From NCBI GenBank assembly GCA_043228905.1, contig JBHGNT010000017.1, forward strand, positions 17,298,001 to 17,362,000: 64,000 bases of DNA, written 5' to 3'. Source of the DNA: Azolla caroliniana (lineage: Eukaryota; Plantae; Polypodiophyta). The notes under the pieces were generated by a model that ran no database searches, was not told where the DNA came from, and saw nothing but the letters and a program-made list of their open reading frames with translations. Shown here piece by piece: positions 1-12,628 of this stretch (within the stretch, counting starts at the first letter, position 1; every line of letters begins with the position of its first letter). Both the position numbers and the translations under genes were made by a program.

Positions 1-1747
1 GCCACTAATTTTATTCTTGTAGAGTTCCCTGTATACATTTTCCATGTTATAAACCTGAATTCACAACATTAACTTTCTTTGAATAAGGTCTTTTACACAT
101 ACAGATACTGAAGGTGTTGAAGGTTTCCAAGCTCAGGAACAAGATGTCCTGAAAGATTAGAATTTCCCAAATCACTGCACATAAAAGAAATTCAATGATC
201 AAACAGGGTCAGTATATAATGGCTTCATACAGCCCACAGTAATCACCAGCAGTATATTGCTCAACTTTTGACCTCAACTGCGTAGTTATCAGTAGCAATC
301 AGTGATGTGACGCTTTAGTTTGTGAGTCTCAAAATCAAACCATTTAAATCAATTTGAAATTTAAACCAAATTGTTAAACTATTTAAGATACCCTCAAACG
401 TAAACCATTTAGCAATTAATTTGCACAAAAATAAAATTGAAGATCAATCATTTTAAAATATGTTAAGATTTTTGAGTTTTATATTACTTCCTGCTATAGA
501 AAATGGCCCTATAAACCAACAAATACTAGTGGTTAAAGCCACGGTTTCAAGCCTGATAAACTGAACGTAACTGTTAATCCACCAAACTGAATCATTTTGC
601 AATTTTGGAACTTAAACCAGGCCGTTTAAGCCATTGAGTCATAGTTTCATGCTTCGCTTCTGGCTCAAAATGAGCTGTTGCCAATTACATGTTATCAGTA
701 ATAAACGAACCCCACAACAAACAACAACTCGCTATTCATAAACTCTAAGAATGATGGTTATGGTATTATTCAATATTTCCTTCAGCTACACTATAATTTC
801 ACACATAAAAGGGAAGATACTTTTTTTTACATGATTCAATCGTCATATGTATCATCATAAATCATTCCTGGAGGTACAATAACAGGCACACAAATGTCCA
901 ACGAACAATGGTTCGATCAACGACCCAAGCATAAGGAAGTATACACTCTTTCTCATTATTCATAGTCTCCTTACAGAACAGTATGACCAGATTAAACAAA
1001 CCTCAAAGACAGTATACTTATATCTAGATGCACCATTTCTAGAGTAAGCTTAGTTAGAGATATCCTCACCATGCCAAAGTTTGAGTCGTGTATTAGTAGT
1101 AGCAATGTTCCTAAATTAGCAAACTATCAAAATACACAGTAGAGTATGTGTATATACAGCATTTTGAAGGTTCATCTCAAACCTTCAATACAAATGAAAC
1201 ACGTACACATACACCATTACCGCTAGGTGTCACATCAAACCTAGGATACCCACAAAAGCATGTATATTCCTATTATTTCTATGGTTTGTTTAGGGTTAAC
1301 CTAAACAATGTTATCATGCTGGAGTTCCATCAAACAGACAACGGATTCAAAACAAGTTTTAGGGTAAAAAATAAATAAACCGAGAAGGTTACAAACTTAC
1401 ACTCTGGTCACATGATTATCCCTGTCGCAGGTGACATGAAACCACGTGCAAGGGTTAACGAGGGTGGGATCCCAGCTCTGCAAAACATTGTCAGGATCAG
1501 AAAGGCTCCTCCTCAGAGCATGAAGGGCGTCACCTGAAAACACACAAAGAAAACACAGAGCTTTAGATCGGAATAAAGGGAGCTCTGATGGGGACAGAGG
1601 AGGAGGAGGAGGAGGAAGAAGAAGGAACCCTAATTTGAGGTGGGGAAAGGGATTACCTTCTGAATTACAGGAAGCAAACGGGGGGAGGAGAAAGAGAAGG
1701 AGGAGAAGGGGAGGAAGCGAAAGGAGAAGCAAGGGAGCAGGAGCCAT
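1..1747 (-). CDS. Secreted leucine-rich repeat protein, LRR1/LRP type (SERK-ectodomain-like); 5' part only, runs off the window
   Basis: GT-AG exons 1747-1657, 1533-1401 (133 bp), 174-103 (72 bp) and 28-<1. They translate as signal peptide [27 protein letters not shown], then [86 protein letters not shown] fits LRR1/LRP better than SERK (ELYSN). Whether a kinase domain follows cannot be seen. Confidence 0.9.
293..690. mobile_element. Degenerate hAT-like MITE in LRR intron 2
   Basis: GTTATCAG(TA) direct repeat at about 285-294 and 691-700. Interior is rich in AAACC/GGTTT motifs, and the right end TTGCCAATTAC resembles the TIR of the 4475-5258 element. Confidence 0.45.
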
Positions 1748-1784
1748 GGGAGAAAGGATTGTCTCAGTGGGTGGGGGTGTTCAG

Positions 1785-1899
1785 TTGCTCTCTGTTCTGC
1801 TCTGCTCTGTTCTGCTCTGCTCTGCTCTGTTCTGTTCTGTTCTGTTCTGTTCTGCTCTGTTCTGTTCTGTTCTGTTCTGCTCTGTTCTGTTCTGTTCTC
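1785..1899 (-). repeat. (CAGAA/CAGAG)n pentanucleotide array in the LRR gene 5' leader
   Basis: About 22 TCTGT/TCTGC units on the plus strand, ending about 40 bp upstream of the ATG at 1747. Confidence 0.9.
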
Positions 1900-1919
1900 T
1901 CAACTTGCATAGTATGAAA

Positions 1920-2177
1920 CATACGTGCATTCGCATTCGCAAAATTCGTGTTCGCCTAGCATAACATTCGGTCTCCTGCATTGGGAAACGAATGCGAATG
2001 TTATTCAAACCTTCTTTGTGTGGTTTTTTTGTTTTTTTCCCATCTTTTTTAATGTTTTTTTTCAATTTTTTAGTTAATAATAAATAGTTCATCCAAAAGT
2101 ATGGTATTTATCATTCTTTGAGGGTGTTTTTCTTACGCGAATGATTGAAGCATTCGCGAAATGCTAATGCACGTATG
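1920..2177. mobile_element. MITE with ~22-bp terminal inverted repeats upstream of the LRR gene
   Basis: Left end CATACGTGCATTCGCATTCGC; right end GCGAAATGCTAATGCACGTATG (reverse complement CATACGTGCATTAGCATTTCGC). The TSD is only partly matching (GTATGAAA/GTACGTAT). Confidence 0.65.
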
Positions 2178-2358
2178 GTACGTATGGTTCATATTATGCT
2201 CTCAAGACATGAAGGAATGAATGAATGAAAGGCTTTTTAGATACATACTTCATTGTAGTTCTCTTCCTTCCTCTTGAGCATACAAAATAACACATAATAA
2301 TAAGAATACATAACACATGTTATGTATTCTTATGTGAGTATTTATGCACATACTTTAC

Positions 2359-2389
<31 letters not shown>

Positions 2390-2999
2390 TGTATATGGTT
2401 CACATGTATGTTTCAGAATGTCTTTCTGAATCAATACCATTTCAAATAATCACCCGAACTTAAAATTGTCAATCACTAGGTTCGATAAGAATCGGGGATG
2501 GAGGTCATGGGTTCAAGCTTGACGAGTCATTCATTAGTAGTAAACATATGTTTTGCCTTCTCCTTAAAAAGAAGGCTTTGCGAATTTACTTCGTGTCTCC
2601 CTACCCCGAGATGAAAATTATAGCAAATGATTCCTTAGGTCAAAAAGGCTAGGAAGACTCAAGTTCCCCCATGTTATTTGTAACTGTAATTTGTGTCAGA
2701 GTCAGGCGTGCATTGGCATATAAATTATACTTTTGACAATGTCACTACTTCCATTTTTAATTAGTACACGTGTATATAGTAGGTACAAGTTATATGTTGT
2801 GATAATTGTGTGTAGAGACAAATACTTAACAAACAATTGTTTGTAACACTATGACTCATGCTCTTTTTCTAATATTTTATTGTTGTGATAGTACTTTAAA
2901 TAGTATTCTCACAAACCGAAGGATGTATGCCACATGAGTTCCAAAATCTAAGATGGCCAAGCAATAACTATAGATTATTGTACCTCTCTCTATTTTATT

Positions 3000-5560
3000 G
3001 TATATTTAGGCATACTTCTCACCGACCATCACTTTCTTGTGGTATCGAACTTTCAATATTGCCCTTGTGCAACAATTTCTGCCCATTCTAATATTCGAAA
3101 TAGTTCGTTGGGAGCGCACTAAAGCTCTCGAATTAAAGCCATGACAAGAATGCAAAGAACTAGCACAATATGGTACCCCTTCATACTTCTCACTAGCCAA
3201 TTCATGCATGTGGTAAGAGTTGGAATGGTTTGCTCTTAGCACTTAAGGTATCGTATGGATGCAAACAATGTACAAAGTCACCGGTATCCCTTCCATAGTA
3301 TTGGAACTAAAGATTTCTTCTCTTTAACCAAAGGAAGCATGTAATCAAAGTTGAAGTAGTTGTAATATTGTTGGTGTGATGGTAAGAGATAAGTTCTGAG
3401 TTTTGCGCTCTTAAGGTAGAGTGTGAAGGATCATATTGATAATGTATTATTTGGGAGGAATGCAACAAAATAACTTGCGTCTAGTATATATTTCTTTTCA
3501 GCATGTATTAGATTGAAGTCGATTGTTGCTCAGTAAACAAAATAAGAGTTATATCTCAACACAACATCCCCTTATTCATTGACCTATGATACATCCCATA
3601 TAATATTTAAAAAAATGCTCACTTTTCTTGCAAAAACATGTTCTCAAAAACTAGAATAAAAGAGTGTCCCACTCATATTCAATGCACTCCTCCTTTCGCC
3701 TCTCCTCTCGCATCATCCTAATGACTTCCATCTTTTTATTATTTGCTCCCTCTTTCTCTTGTTTAAGAACACTTATATATACTTCATTCTAGTATCGGAA
3801 ATGGAGCACACAAACATTCATACATGTCATGCAATATATCATAATACATGTGCTGATTGTATATATTGTGATCACAAATAGATCGTATATCCAATGTAGA
3901 TCATGCCTCACAACGATGAGAAGAATAGGCTAATAGTGTCTATTCACACTTTTGTCTTGGGTTTTATGGGATACAATTTAGGTTAAAAGTGCTAGAATAT
4001 GATTGTGTTCCCATTACATACGCACATTGAGCACTCAAAATTCATATGAAAACATATATGCACCACAAAAGTTCATATAATTACCAATCAAGGAAATAAA
4101 TTATATGCATATGGTATTCTCATGGAAAAGTGTGTCAATTTCTCTTATGAGGACACATCTCAAAACTTTTGCAACAATAACCTTTATGCCAACTCCAAGT
4201 TCTATTGAAATGGAAGTGATCTATATTTCACAAACTCAAAAGAACTATGAAGACTAAGCCACATGATTAAGAATCTTGTTTCGACAATACCATCACTAGA
4301 CTATGGCAATGCATGTAAACAAACCTAAAAAACAATAGTATTGAATGCAAAATCTTGGTTTGGCCATCATCATCAAATATCTTCAAAATCAAAAGGCTTT
4401 TAGTGTTGGATGCACAAAGGCAAAAAGTATTGATCAAGGATTAACATATTCTAAAAACCTACACCAATAATGCCTAGGGATCAACAATGGCTCGGCTCAA
4501 GCCTAAACTGTTTAAATAAACCGGTTTTAAATGGTTTGGCAGCTTAGCGCCTTGGCTCGGCTTGGTTTAGGCTTGAGCCCACCTAAATGGTTTGAGCTCA
4601 GCTTGAGCCTTGCCAAACCGGCTCAAACCGTTTAAGCCGTTTAATCATTAGGGTTTACAAAGTTAGAAATTAGAGAGAGAGAAGTTAGAAGTTAGAATTT
4701 GAAAGTTGAGAGAGAGACTGACAGGAAGCCATAGGCAACAAACTGTTGAGTGATGAGAGAGGGAGGGATAGAGAAGGAGAGGGAGCCCATATAGTGGACC
4801 TCCTCCTTGTTGTTATATACATTCTTTCTATACATATAGGTGAAATTCTAGTTCCAAATTCTTTGGAGTTTGACTTAGGACCTAGGACGCGGCGAGCTCA
4901 ACCTGAAGGTGGTCGAGGGACAAGCAATAGTAATCGAGAATGGACATATTGAGGTCCGGAAAGGGGCAGGTGGTAGCAATCTACAAAGGACGATGAGGAG
5001 GATGGGGGTGGGGGGCATGTCAGGAGAAGGATGGGGATGGGGGACATGCCAAGGGGGTGGGAGTTACGAGGAGGAGAAGAAGAGTAGAAGTGAGTGTTTT
5101 TTGGGTTTCGTCACACCTCTAAAGCTTTTTCATCCCAAGGGATCGGTTTGGTTTGGTTCAGGTTTGAGAACCCCAAAACGGTTAAGGCTTAACCGGTTTG
5201 GCTTGGCTTGGATAAGACCAAACCGGTTAAGCCTAAACCGAACCATTGCCAATTCCTAATAATGCCACCAAATACTCAAATGCGTGCATTATTGAGTTAG
5301 TAGTGTCAATCCAAAGGCTGGAAACTCCAATTGTGCTTTTAGCTTTGCCCAACATTGAAGATGGAAACATCATGGGCTCTCCCATCCTTGATATTTGGAG
5401 TGAGTGTTGGTGAAAAACCATTTGACTTTATCATCAACTCCATATAAAAGTTGAAAACTTTGTATGCTCTTCTGTAAATGCATGGGACCCAAATTTATTT
5501 AAAGGAGTGCAAGCCTATCTATTACGCACATAACCATAACTAATCATGAGATAGGCTTTT
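3000..5560 (-). mobile_element. Highly decayed LINE (L1-like) RT remnant, interrupted by a hAT MITE
   Basis: Minus-strand fragments IKSNGFHQHSLQISRMGEP (resembles INGxxSxxFxxSRG.RQG) and IFDDD (resembles FADD). Many stop codons; boundaries approximate. Confidence 0.35.
4475..5258. mobile_element. Non-autonomous hAT element (~784 bp)
   Basis: Exact 8-bp TSD ATAATGCC at 4467-4474 and 5259-5266. TIRs TAGGGATCAACAATGG and CCATTGCCAATTCCTA. Subterminal AAACCG/GGCTCA repeats at both ends. Confidence 0.9.
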
Positions 5561-6819
5561 AATAGTTTTCCCTAATCTTATTATCAATACACATAGGTTA
5601 ATTCCGAAAGAAAGGAGGGTATGAATTTAATTATGAGATAATTATTAAGTGTGTTATCATTTGACCGTTTCATATAAAGTAGTCATGTGTGAACATATTA
5701 GGGCCTAAGTTTTCTACCTAAATAAAGTGAGCTACCTTCTAATTAATAGAGGCTTCATTCAAGTCGAGAATATGTTAGTGTGGCTATGGCTCTTGTAAAC
5801 TAAACATGTGCAATCCTCAAGGTACACAATGTACAACTCACATTAACCCTAAATGGTATGGGAAATTGAGGAGGCTTAGGTCCATCTCATGCCATCACTA
5901 CGGGATGGTCAGGTAGTTTCGCACCCCTCTTTCCTTTCTTTGGTCCATAATTCCTTATGTTTTGCTTAAATATTTAGTTAAGACTCTTAACACTATCTCT
6001 AATTTGAATCGCTCACTTCAAAGTTCTAGGTTACACACTAACAAGGCAAGGGGTCTAGTCCTCTTAATGAATCATTAGAAACTTACCTATATATGTAACA
6101 GTTGCAACCTTGGGGAAAATGAATAAACAACTCAATCCAAATATATTTCATGAGAATAAGCACATTGGGGCAGTAGAAATCATGTTCCACGACAATAAGC
6201 TTACTCCCAGATTAAAGACAACATGTGGTTCCACTTTGAAAGCTTGGATTTGGCAGCGTAATGTAGAGGTGATCAACAATATACAATTGCATCGATATCT
6301 GTTATATATTAATATTTAGCCGAGGATAACAATGATGAGATTAAATGACAAGCGGACAATGTCAACAAGAAAATGAGCATTAATAAGAAATGTACTTAGG
6401 TTTGCATGCAATTACATTGTTTCAATTTACATGATTGCCAAAATGAATTCTGGAGTACATAAACTAGACTGCAATTAGGTTCCCTATTCACAAAAACTTT
6501 TCCTGGATTTAGCGATCCTGTCCAGTTCTATCCCTTCAATCAAAATACTAGTAGTACCCCAATATACAATACAATCTTTCCTTCTTTCTATACAATAATG
6601 GCTTACTTCATACATGATTTTTCGGAATATTCCAAAGACTTTTGAATGAGATGACATTGCGTACCTAAAACCTGTGTTAAACACCAAGTAATAAAAGGCA
6701 ATTTTGTTGTTGTGAAGATCATCGACTTTCTATAATGTACAAGAGCAAACACGTACAGTTGGAAGGTTCAAATAAACGAAGCACAGGTCTAGAGAGATGC
6801 AGTCTCTGAAGTTCCTATC

Positions 6820-9800
6820 TTATTGAGAACCACGGACATGAATGCCACACTCAGTTTTTGTTGTCCCATCCTTGTTTTTCAGACCCTGGCCATCCATCAT
6901 CACAAAGAAATATGTCAAAATATTCAAGTAATTCACAAGAAAGACAGGTTATTTCCAGCCAAAGAATAACTTAGCCTCGTAAAAATTTTGCTTAGTGCAT
7001 TCATATTGTGCATTAGGTTCAAAATGTGACAGATTACAGATGGCAGCCTCTTTTTAATTATGACGAGAAAGTGAGTGGGGATCCCATAATGATGAAAAAT
7101 ATTGTCAAGATTCACAAAACTCCAGTCAGTGGCTACAAAAAACTTCCTGGAAAAAAACTAGATGGCTATCTCAACTTCCTGACAGTTTCTTATTGAAATG
7201 CATTTCCTGGTTAAATTTTTTTTTTAAATCTGGTTGGCATGTGGAAGGGTGAGGCAAATCTCCTTTGCCACAAAGATGTTTTCCAGCAGACTGTAGCAGA
7301 GCGAAGGATTCTGCTGCTGCTGCAGATGATGCACAAAGATCTACAGGAGGCATTAAAGCGTCACAAAAAGGGTCTTCTTCACCGACATAGAGCATAGAAC
7401 GCATGTGGTATAGTTTGAGATAGAGCTATAGTTACAAAAATTAACCAATTCTGAAAATCCACATAGCTAAAACAATGAAGCATGTCTACTTATAAGGGTA
7501 CACGAATAAATCCGAATGTATTTAACAATCAAAAAATCGACAACAAACTTGACGTGATGAGAAAATGAATAAAAAATAGTCACTACGTTGTAAAAAGTAT
7601 GAAAAGAGAAGAACCTAGAGAACACACAAAGAAAAAGGCACACTCGAACTATCTTATATAAACTTTAAATACCACAATTATTGTGACATCAATGTACACA
7701 AGTTGGAGGAAGTAAAAAGAGTATCTATGGTGTTATAAAGTTGGGAGATCTAAGAATGCTACAATCCTTGCTCACATAGTGGAAGTTAGTAAGATTGTGC
7801 CGTGAATGCCTCTAGTTTACAGTACCTGAAATGTTACTTATTATACTAAGATTGCCATCTACTCTTTCAAGCAATGGCGAATATACCTGAAAACGTCCAG
7901 ACCTCTCACCACCATATTCAAACCATTGTTCCTTCGGCACTGGTAAGGTACTCTGAATATCTCCTACACTTGGATACCCTTGGTCATGGAGTGGATGATA
8001 TGGAATTCCATATTTTTTTAAGTATTCCCATATGTCTCTGTGGAGCATCTATACTTGTAAATTTACATTGTTTGAGTAAATAAAACCAATTGAATGATCA
8101 CTTGGATAGTACCTGAATTCCCAATAGGCCAAAGGCTGTATTTTTAACATTGTTCCTGTTTCCACAACCTACATAGAAAGCATTTAGAGCTAGAAATTAA
8201 TCAGAAAGGATTGATATCTACATGAACTCCCTTTCTATCCTTTGTGATAGGTAGTAGAAGATACAGTAAGATTCTTAATTTGTATAGGTCATTCTTCTCT
8301 CAGAACATTTGGTTAAACGAGTGCGGTCCTTAATAACATAGACAATGCAATGTCATCAGCCTACATTTTTATAAATGGTGTTAATTACGAAATGCAGGTC
8401 TCACAAAGGCATGTCCTAGGTTCTCATAGAGTTCACAATTACAACTAGCTATTTTAAAAATCTATAATTAAATGTATTCTTTAATAAGCCCCTTCACCGC
8501 TTCAAGCAGGATCTATTACCTCAAGGTGTGCTCTTTCTGCACCATGGTCTCGCCTCCGCCCATTGATCATTGCATCAACCTGAATCACTACATCTTGTAA
8601 ATCCAACTGTCCTTCAACACATACGTGCATTAAAAAAACAGAAGGAAGCAAAACCTATTATAGCATCCTTGCAATGTTATCTAATTGAATTTTCTTATGA
8701 AAATTTTTCTTTAATGAACAGTCAAAATTACACATGGCCTTTTAAAGTAGACTTTGCCATGATCAAGATATCCCCCTAGGAAACAAAAAGGATACTTGTA
8801 CTGTTGTAAATTCCCTTTATGTTGACATTATAAAACTTTTCTCTAAAAAGTGAACAGTTAGCCATGACGTATGAAAATAATGAAACTGAAACAATCAAGG
8901 TCATTAAAACAGAAATGACAATGGATTTTAAATTTGCTCCAAAAAAATTTGGAGGAAGGAGAACAATATCATTCAGACAAGAAAGCAGTTCAGACACAAA
9001 AAAAGGTCCTCGTGTTCAAAACCATTGAACCATGCAACACTAGATGATCATTATGGTCTGTACTTAATTGCCTTATGTTTGGAAACACCTTTTAAAACTG
9101 TTTATAGTTTTTAGACTTTCCTTTTTATGTATTTAGTCCATGGAGTTTCTAGTATGAATGAACATATCAGCATCTTAAAGACTAGATCAAAGTTAGCTTT
9201 TATTTTCACTCTTGACTCAACTATAGCAACAACATTTAATAGCAACTATTTTATATGCAAACTTTTGGACTTCAACCGTAAACAATGAAATTTTGATATG
9301 CAACAATGTTGCAAATTTGCAAAGTAAAGTTACGATTTTATAACTTGGGAATCAAATCTAACCTTTAAAGATTCTAAAGATCGATTGAATGGCTCAACTT
9401 TGCAAATGTTATCATACTCATCAATATCCTGCTAAAGAAAAAATTATTGTCAAGAGAAAAGGACAAAACTGCCAATTCACTGCACTTTCCATTCTCCACA
9501 GATTTTCTGGTCTCCAAACATAAGCAGTAAGCTGTACAATAAACTTTACCCTTAAGAACAGATCAGTTCCATGTTTCTTTGAGTATTCTTCTTTATTTTC
9601 AACACCTGCAGCATGGAACACATGGGCCTTGAACCCGTATCTTTTCTGCATTCAAGCATACAGTACCCTCAATAACTAGCTAAAAAGATTTGTAAACTTG
9701 GAAAAACGCAGGGTATTTCAGATTTTTTTCTATATTATATCACAACTATCTAAAACCAAACCTCCAAAGTTTCGAGAAAGCTGTATGTTTCAGGGAACAA

Positions 9801-11039
9801 ATGAAATGTGTCAATGAATATAACTTTCACCCTGCCGTTGCTGAGAACTCCTAATCTGTTCAGCAAATCAAGAATTACCTGCAATAATGCAGCAGCTCAT
9901 ACATAAAGATCTCTAGATCCTATAAAAGAAATTCACTTAACAGGCCCCCTCAGAGATTTTTCTCCTACAATGCAGCTGTGAACAATACACCTTAGCGGAA
10001 ATCAATTGATAATTCACAGAGTTGAACAAGAATAAGCCTCAATTTGACTTCTGATTGCAGGCAGATGTCCATATTGTTAACCTGATTTGATTCCTAATCA
10101 CATATCCTTAGCCTCAATTTGACTTCTGATTGTAGACAGATGTCCATATTGTTAACCTGATTTGATTCCTAATCACATATTTCATGGATACTCATAACTA
10201 TATATCTAGGCTTGATTTGACTGATAATCCTATTGAATGTGCACAACTCTACCATTAATTTAACTCACAAATTAAATGCATCATTATGAGCATATCTCTA
10301 ACCTTAATTTCACTCCTAGCAATGCATATTAAAAGGGCAGCTTTTGATTCCTAAATCGCATATTAGATATTTAGATTCCGACTCCTGATCGCATGCAAAT
10401 TCATAGTTATCTAATCTATCATTGGTTTTGACTCATATAGCAAAATGATTTTAATGTGAGCATATCTCTATCCTTGATGTGAATCCTAATCGCAAATAAA
10501 ATGCACAGTTACATGTAAGCTTGCAAAAAAAACAACTCAAAAACCATGTTACATATTAAAGGAAATGCATCAAATGTCGTACCACATCGCCAGCAATTAA
10601 GGCACAAGGAAATGCTGGATGTTGACTACTGTCAATGGTTGACTTAAGTATCGAAAGAGATTGGTCTTCAAGGTGTTGAATTCGATCCTCTCGGGATTTC
10701 TTCACCCATTGTTCCACCTCAACACTTGCAACGATTCTCTCTTTGTTTACCTGAACCCTACTATCACTTAGCCTAGCTTTCCCAGCAAGGAAGCATCTGT
10801 GTATTCCTCTTATACAGTCTTTGGTATCGTATCTGATGAATGAATCTCTACTTATAACAATACCTCTGCATATGAAAAACAAAAACAAGTCAATATAGAA
10901 TATTTGAAATAACCCATCATGTGCTTGGAGAGAGAATTCACAAAGATGAAATACATCTCTAGTCTCTGTCAGTACCTCTGCATATGAAAACCAAAAACAT
11001 GGTCGATATGGAATATCTGAAATAGCCCATCATGTGCAT

Positions 11040-11071
<32 letters not shown>

Positions 11072-11196
11072 AAGATGAAACATCTCTCTCTCTCTCTCTC
11101 TGTGTTGAGACATACATACATATACAACATACAAAGGTACCTTGGAGGAGCGTTGAGGTGGAAGGCTGAGCAGGAGAGATGAGAAGCCATGGCCAT
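6820..11196 (-). CDS. APR-B: Adenosine 5'-phosphosulfate reductase, APR-B type (PAPS-reductase-like, no Fe-S cluster ligands), with plastid transit peptide
   Basis: Nine in-frame exons: 11196-11141, 10865-10583, 9878-9762, 9645-9550, 9428-9363, 8579-8520, 8168-8113, 8037-7887, 6885-6820. Motifs: FIDTFHLFPETY, YDNICKVEPF, INGRRRDHG, PLAYW, YHPLHDQGYPSVGDIQST and C-terminal KTECGIH. No CC pair, no CxxC and no C-terminal Trx/Grx domain. Confidence 0.92.
10035..10180. repeat. Tandem duplication (~74 bp x2) in APR-B intron 2
   Basis: GCCTCAATTTGACTTCTGATTG...CTGATTTGATTCCTAATCACATAT occurs twice, nearly identical. Confidence 0.85.
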
Positions 11197-11511
11197 GTGA
11201 CCCAAGTGGAAGATGATGGATTTTGCTTAGATGATGAGCCAATTCCGAATTGCCTGCCCCTCTCCCCTGTTCCTCTTCCTGCTCCTGCTCCAATTCAACA
11301 CATTTTGTATTCTCCATTCCCCTGCTCTTTGTTCCATAGGAGCCTCTGCCCCGCCCAGACTCCGTCCGCCCGCCCACCCACCCACCATATGTCTCTCTAT
11401 CTGTTCCCGAGTCACAAATCGATATGCATGGGTCCCGCCCCAATCCAAACGCTCCGTGTATAGCTCACGTTGTCCAGATATGCACATACGTTCATATATA
11501 TATATATATAT

Positions 11512-11795
11512 ATTGGGCAACCTTACCAACTGAGCTATATCCATCTCGGCTCTCTCTCTGTCTCTCTCTGTCTCTCTCTCTCTATATATATTATAGTTCA
11601 GCTGGTAAGGTTGCCCAATGGAGACGAGGGGGTCATGGGTTCAACCCCTACATTCCATAGTGCCATCTAGTGAATTAAAAGAGATATCCACAAAGTGTGT
11701 AGTAGAGATGGTAAGGTTGCCCAATGGAGAGCAAGAGGTCATGGGTTCAACCCCTTCATTCCACAGTGGCATCTAGTGAATTAAAAGAGATATCT
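11512..11795. mobile_element. tRNA-derived SINE-like heads (one inverted partial copy plus two tandem copies) upstream of APR-B
   Basis: A-box TAGTTCAGCTGGT and B-box GGTTCAACCCC at 11594-11647; second copy at 11709-11795; reverse-complement A-box copy at 11512-11540. Does not form a proper cloverleaf. Confidence 0.7.
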
Positions 11796-12098
11796 ATGAA
11801 GTATGTAATAGAGATATTGTGAGATAATTGGGTTTCAACCCAAGACATAATGCTTGTAATGTAACAACTTACCGCTAGGGTAAGGTAGTTATGAAAAAAA
11901 AAGAAGCAATAGGTAAGGTACTTACAATAAAAAAAAAGAGAGATCCTGATAGTACGTATGCGCATCACGTTTGGAGCTTGACAGAAACATCGGGTTCTTG
12001 CTTGCATATGCTATGTTATGTTGCTTGCCACATGTGCACGTGTGCCCCCCCCCATGGGCACGCAATGTGAGCACATTGTGCACGCATACACATCTTCC

Positions 12099-12628
12099 GG
12101 ATTAGTGTGGGCATTATAGAGCTAAGAACATTGTTTCTTCTTCTTCTTTGTTAGTGTTGTTTTTATGAAGAATGTATACTCCCAACCTTTGCACACGGAA
12201 AGGAAGAAATGGTTGTCTTGGCAATTACATGATAAAGCAAACTAATGAATTGTAATGCTAGGTTGGGATCCATCTCAATATCATTTCTTTTGTTGCATCA
12301 TTATGTTATACCACCATAGGCTTCTCCCAATTGGCTACTTGTAAGAACCACACACACCTTCTAGATTAGTGTGGGCATTGTAAAGCTAAGAACATTGTTT
12401 CTTCTTCTTCTTTTATTTTGTTTATACAAAGAATGTATGCTCTTGACCATTGCACACGCAAAGGACGAAACAGTTATCCTGGCAATTACATGGTAAAGCA
12501 AACTAATGAATTGTAATGCTAGGTTGGGACGGATGTAGGTGGGGATCAATCTCAATACCATTTCCTTTGTTGCTATCATTATGTTACACCACCGTAGGCT
12601 TCTCCCAATTGGCTACTTGTAAAAACCA
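12099..12628. repeat. Tandem duplication (~263 bp x2)
   Basis: GATTAGTGTGGGCATT...CTTCTCCCAATTGGCTACTTGTAA repeated with scattered substitutions. Confidence 0.85.

Noticed and set aside
1-1747. SERK/BAK1 receptor kinase call
   Set aside because: The exon pattern is shared with SERKs, but ELYKN and SGHLVPELG fit LRR1/LRP better and no kinase is visible in the window.
1635-2092. ORFs with LFCSV/EQNRT repeats (also 39657-40160)
   Set aside because: Translation artefacts of stop-free pentanucleotide microsatellites.
11594-11665. Possible functional tRNA gene
   Set aside because: A and B boxes are present but the acceptor and anticodon stems do not pair; treated as a SINE-like head.
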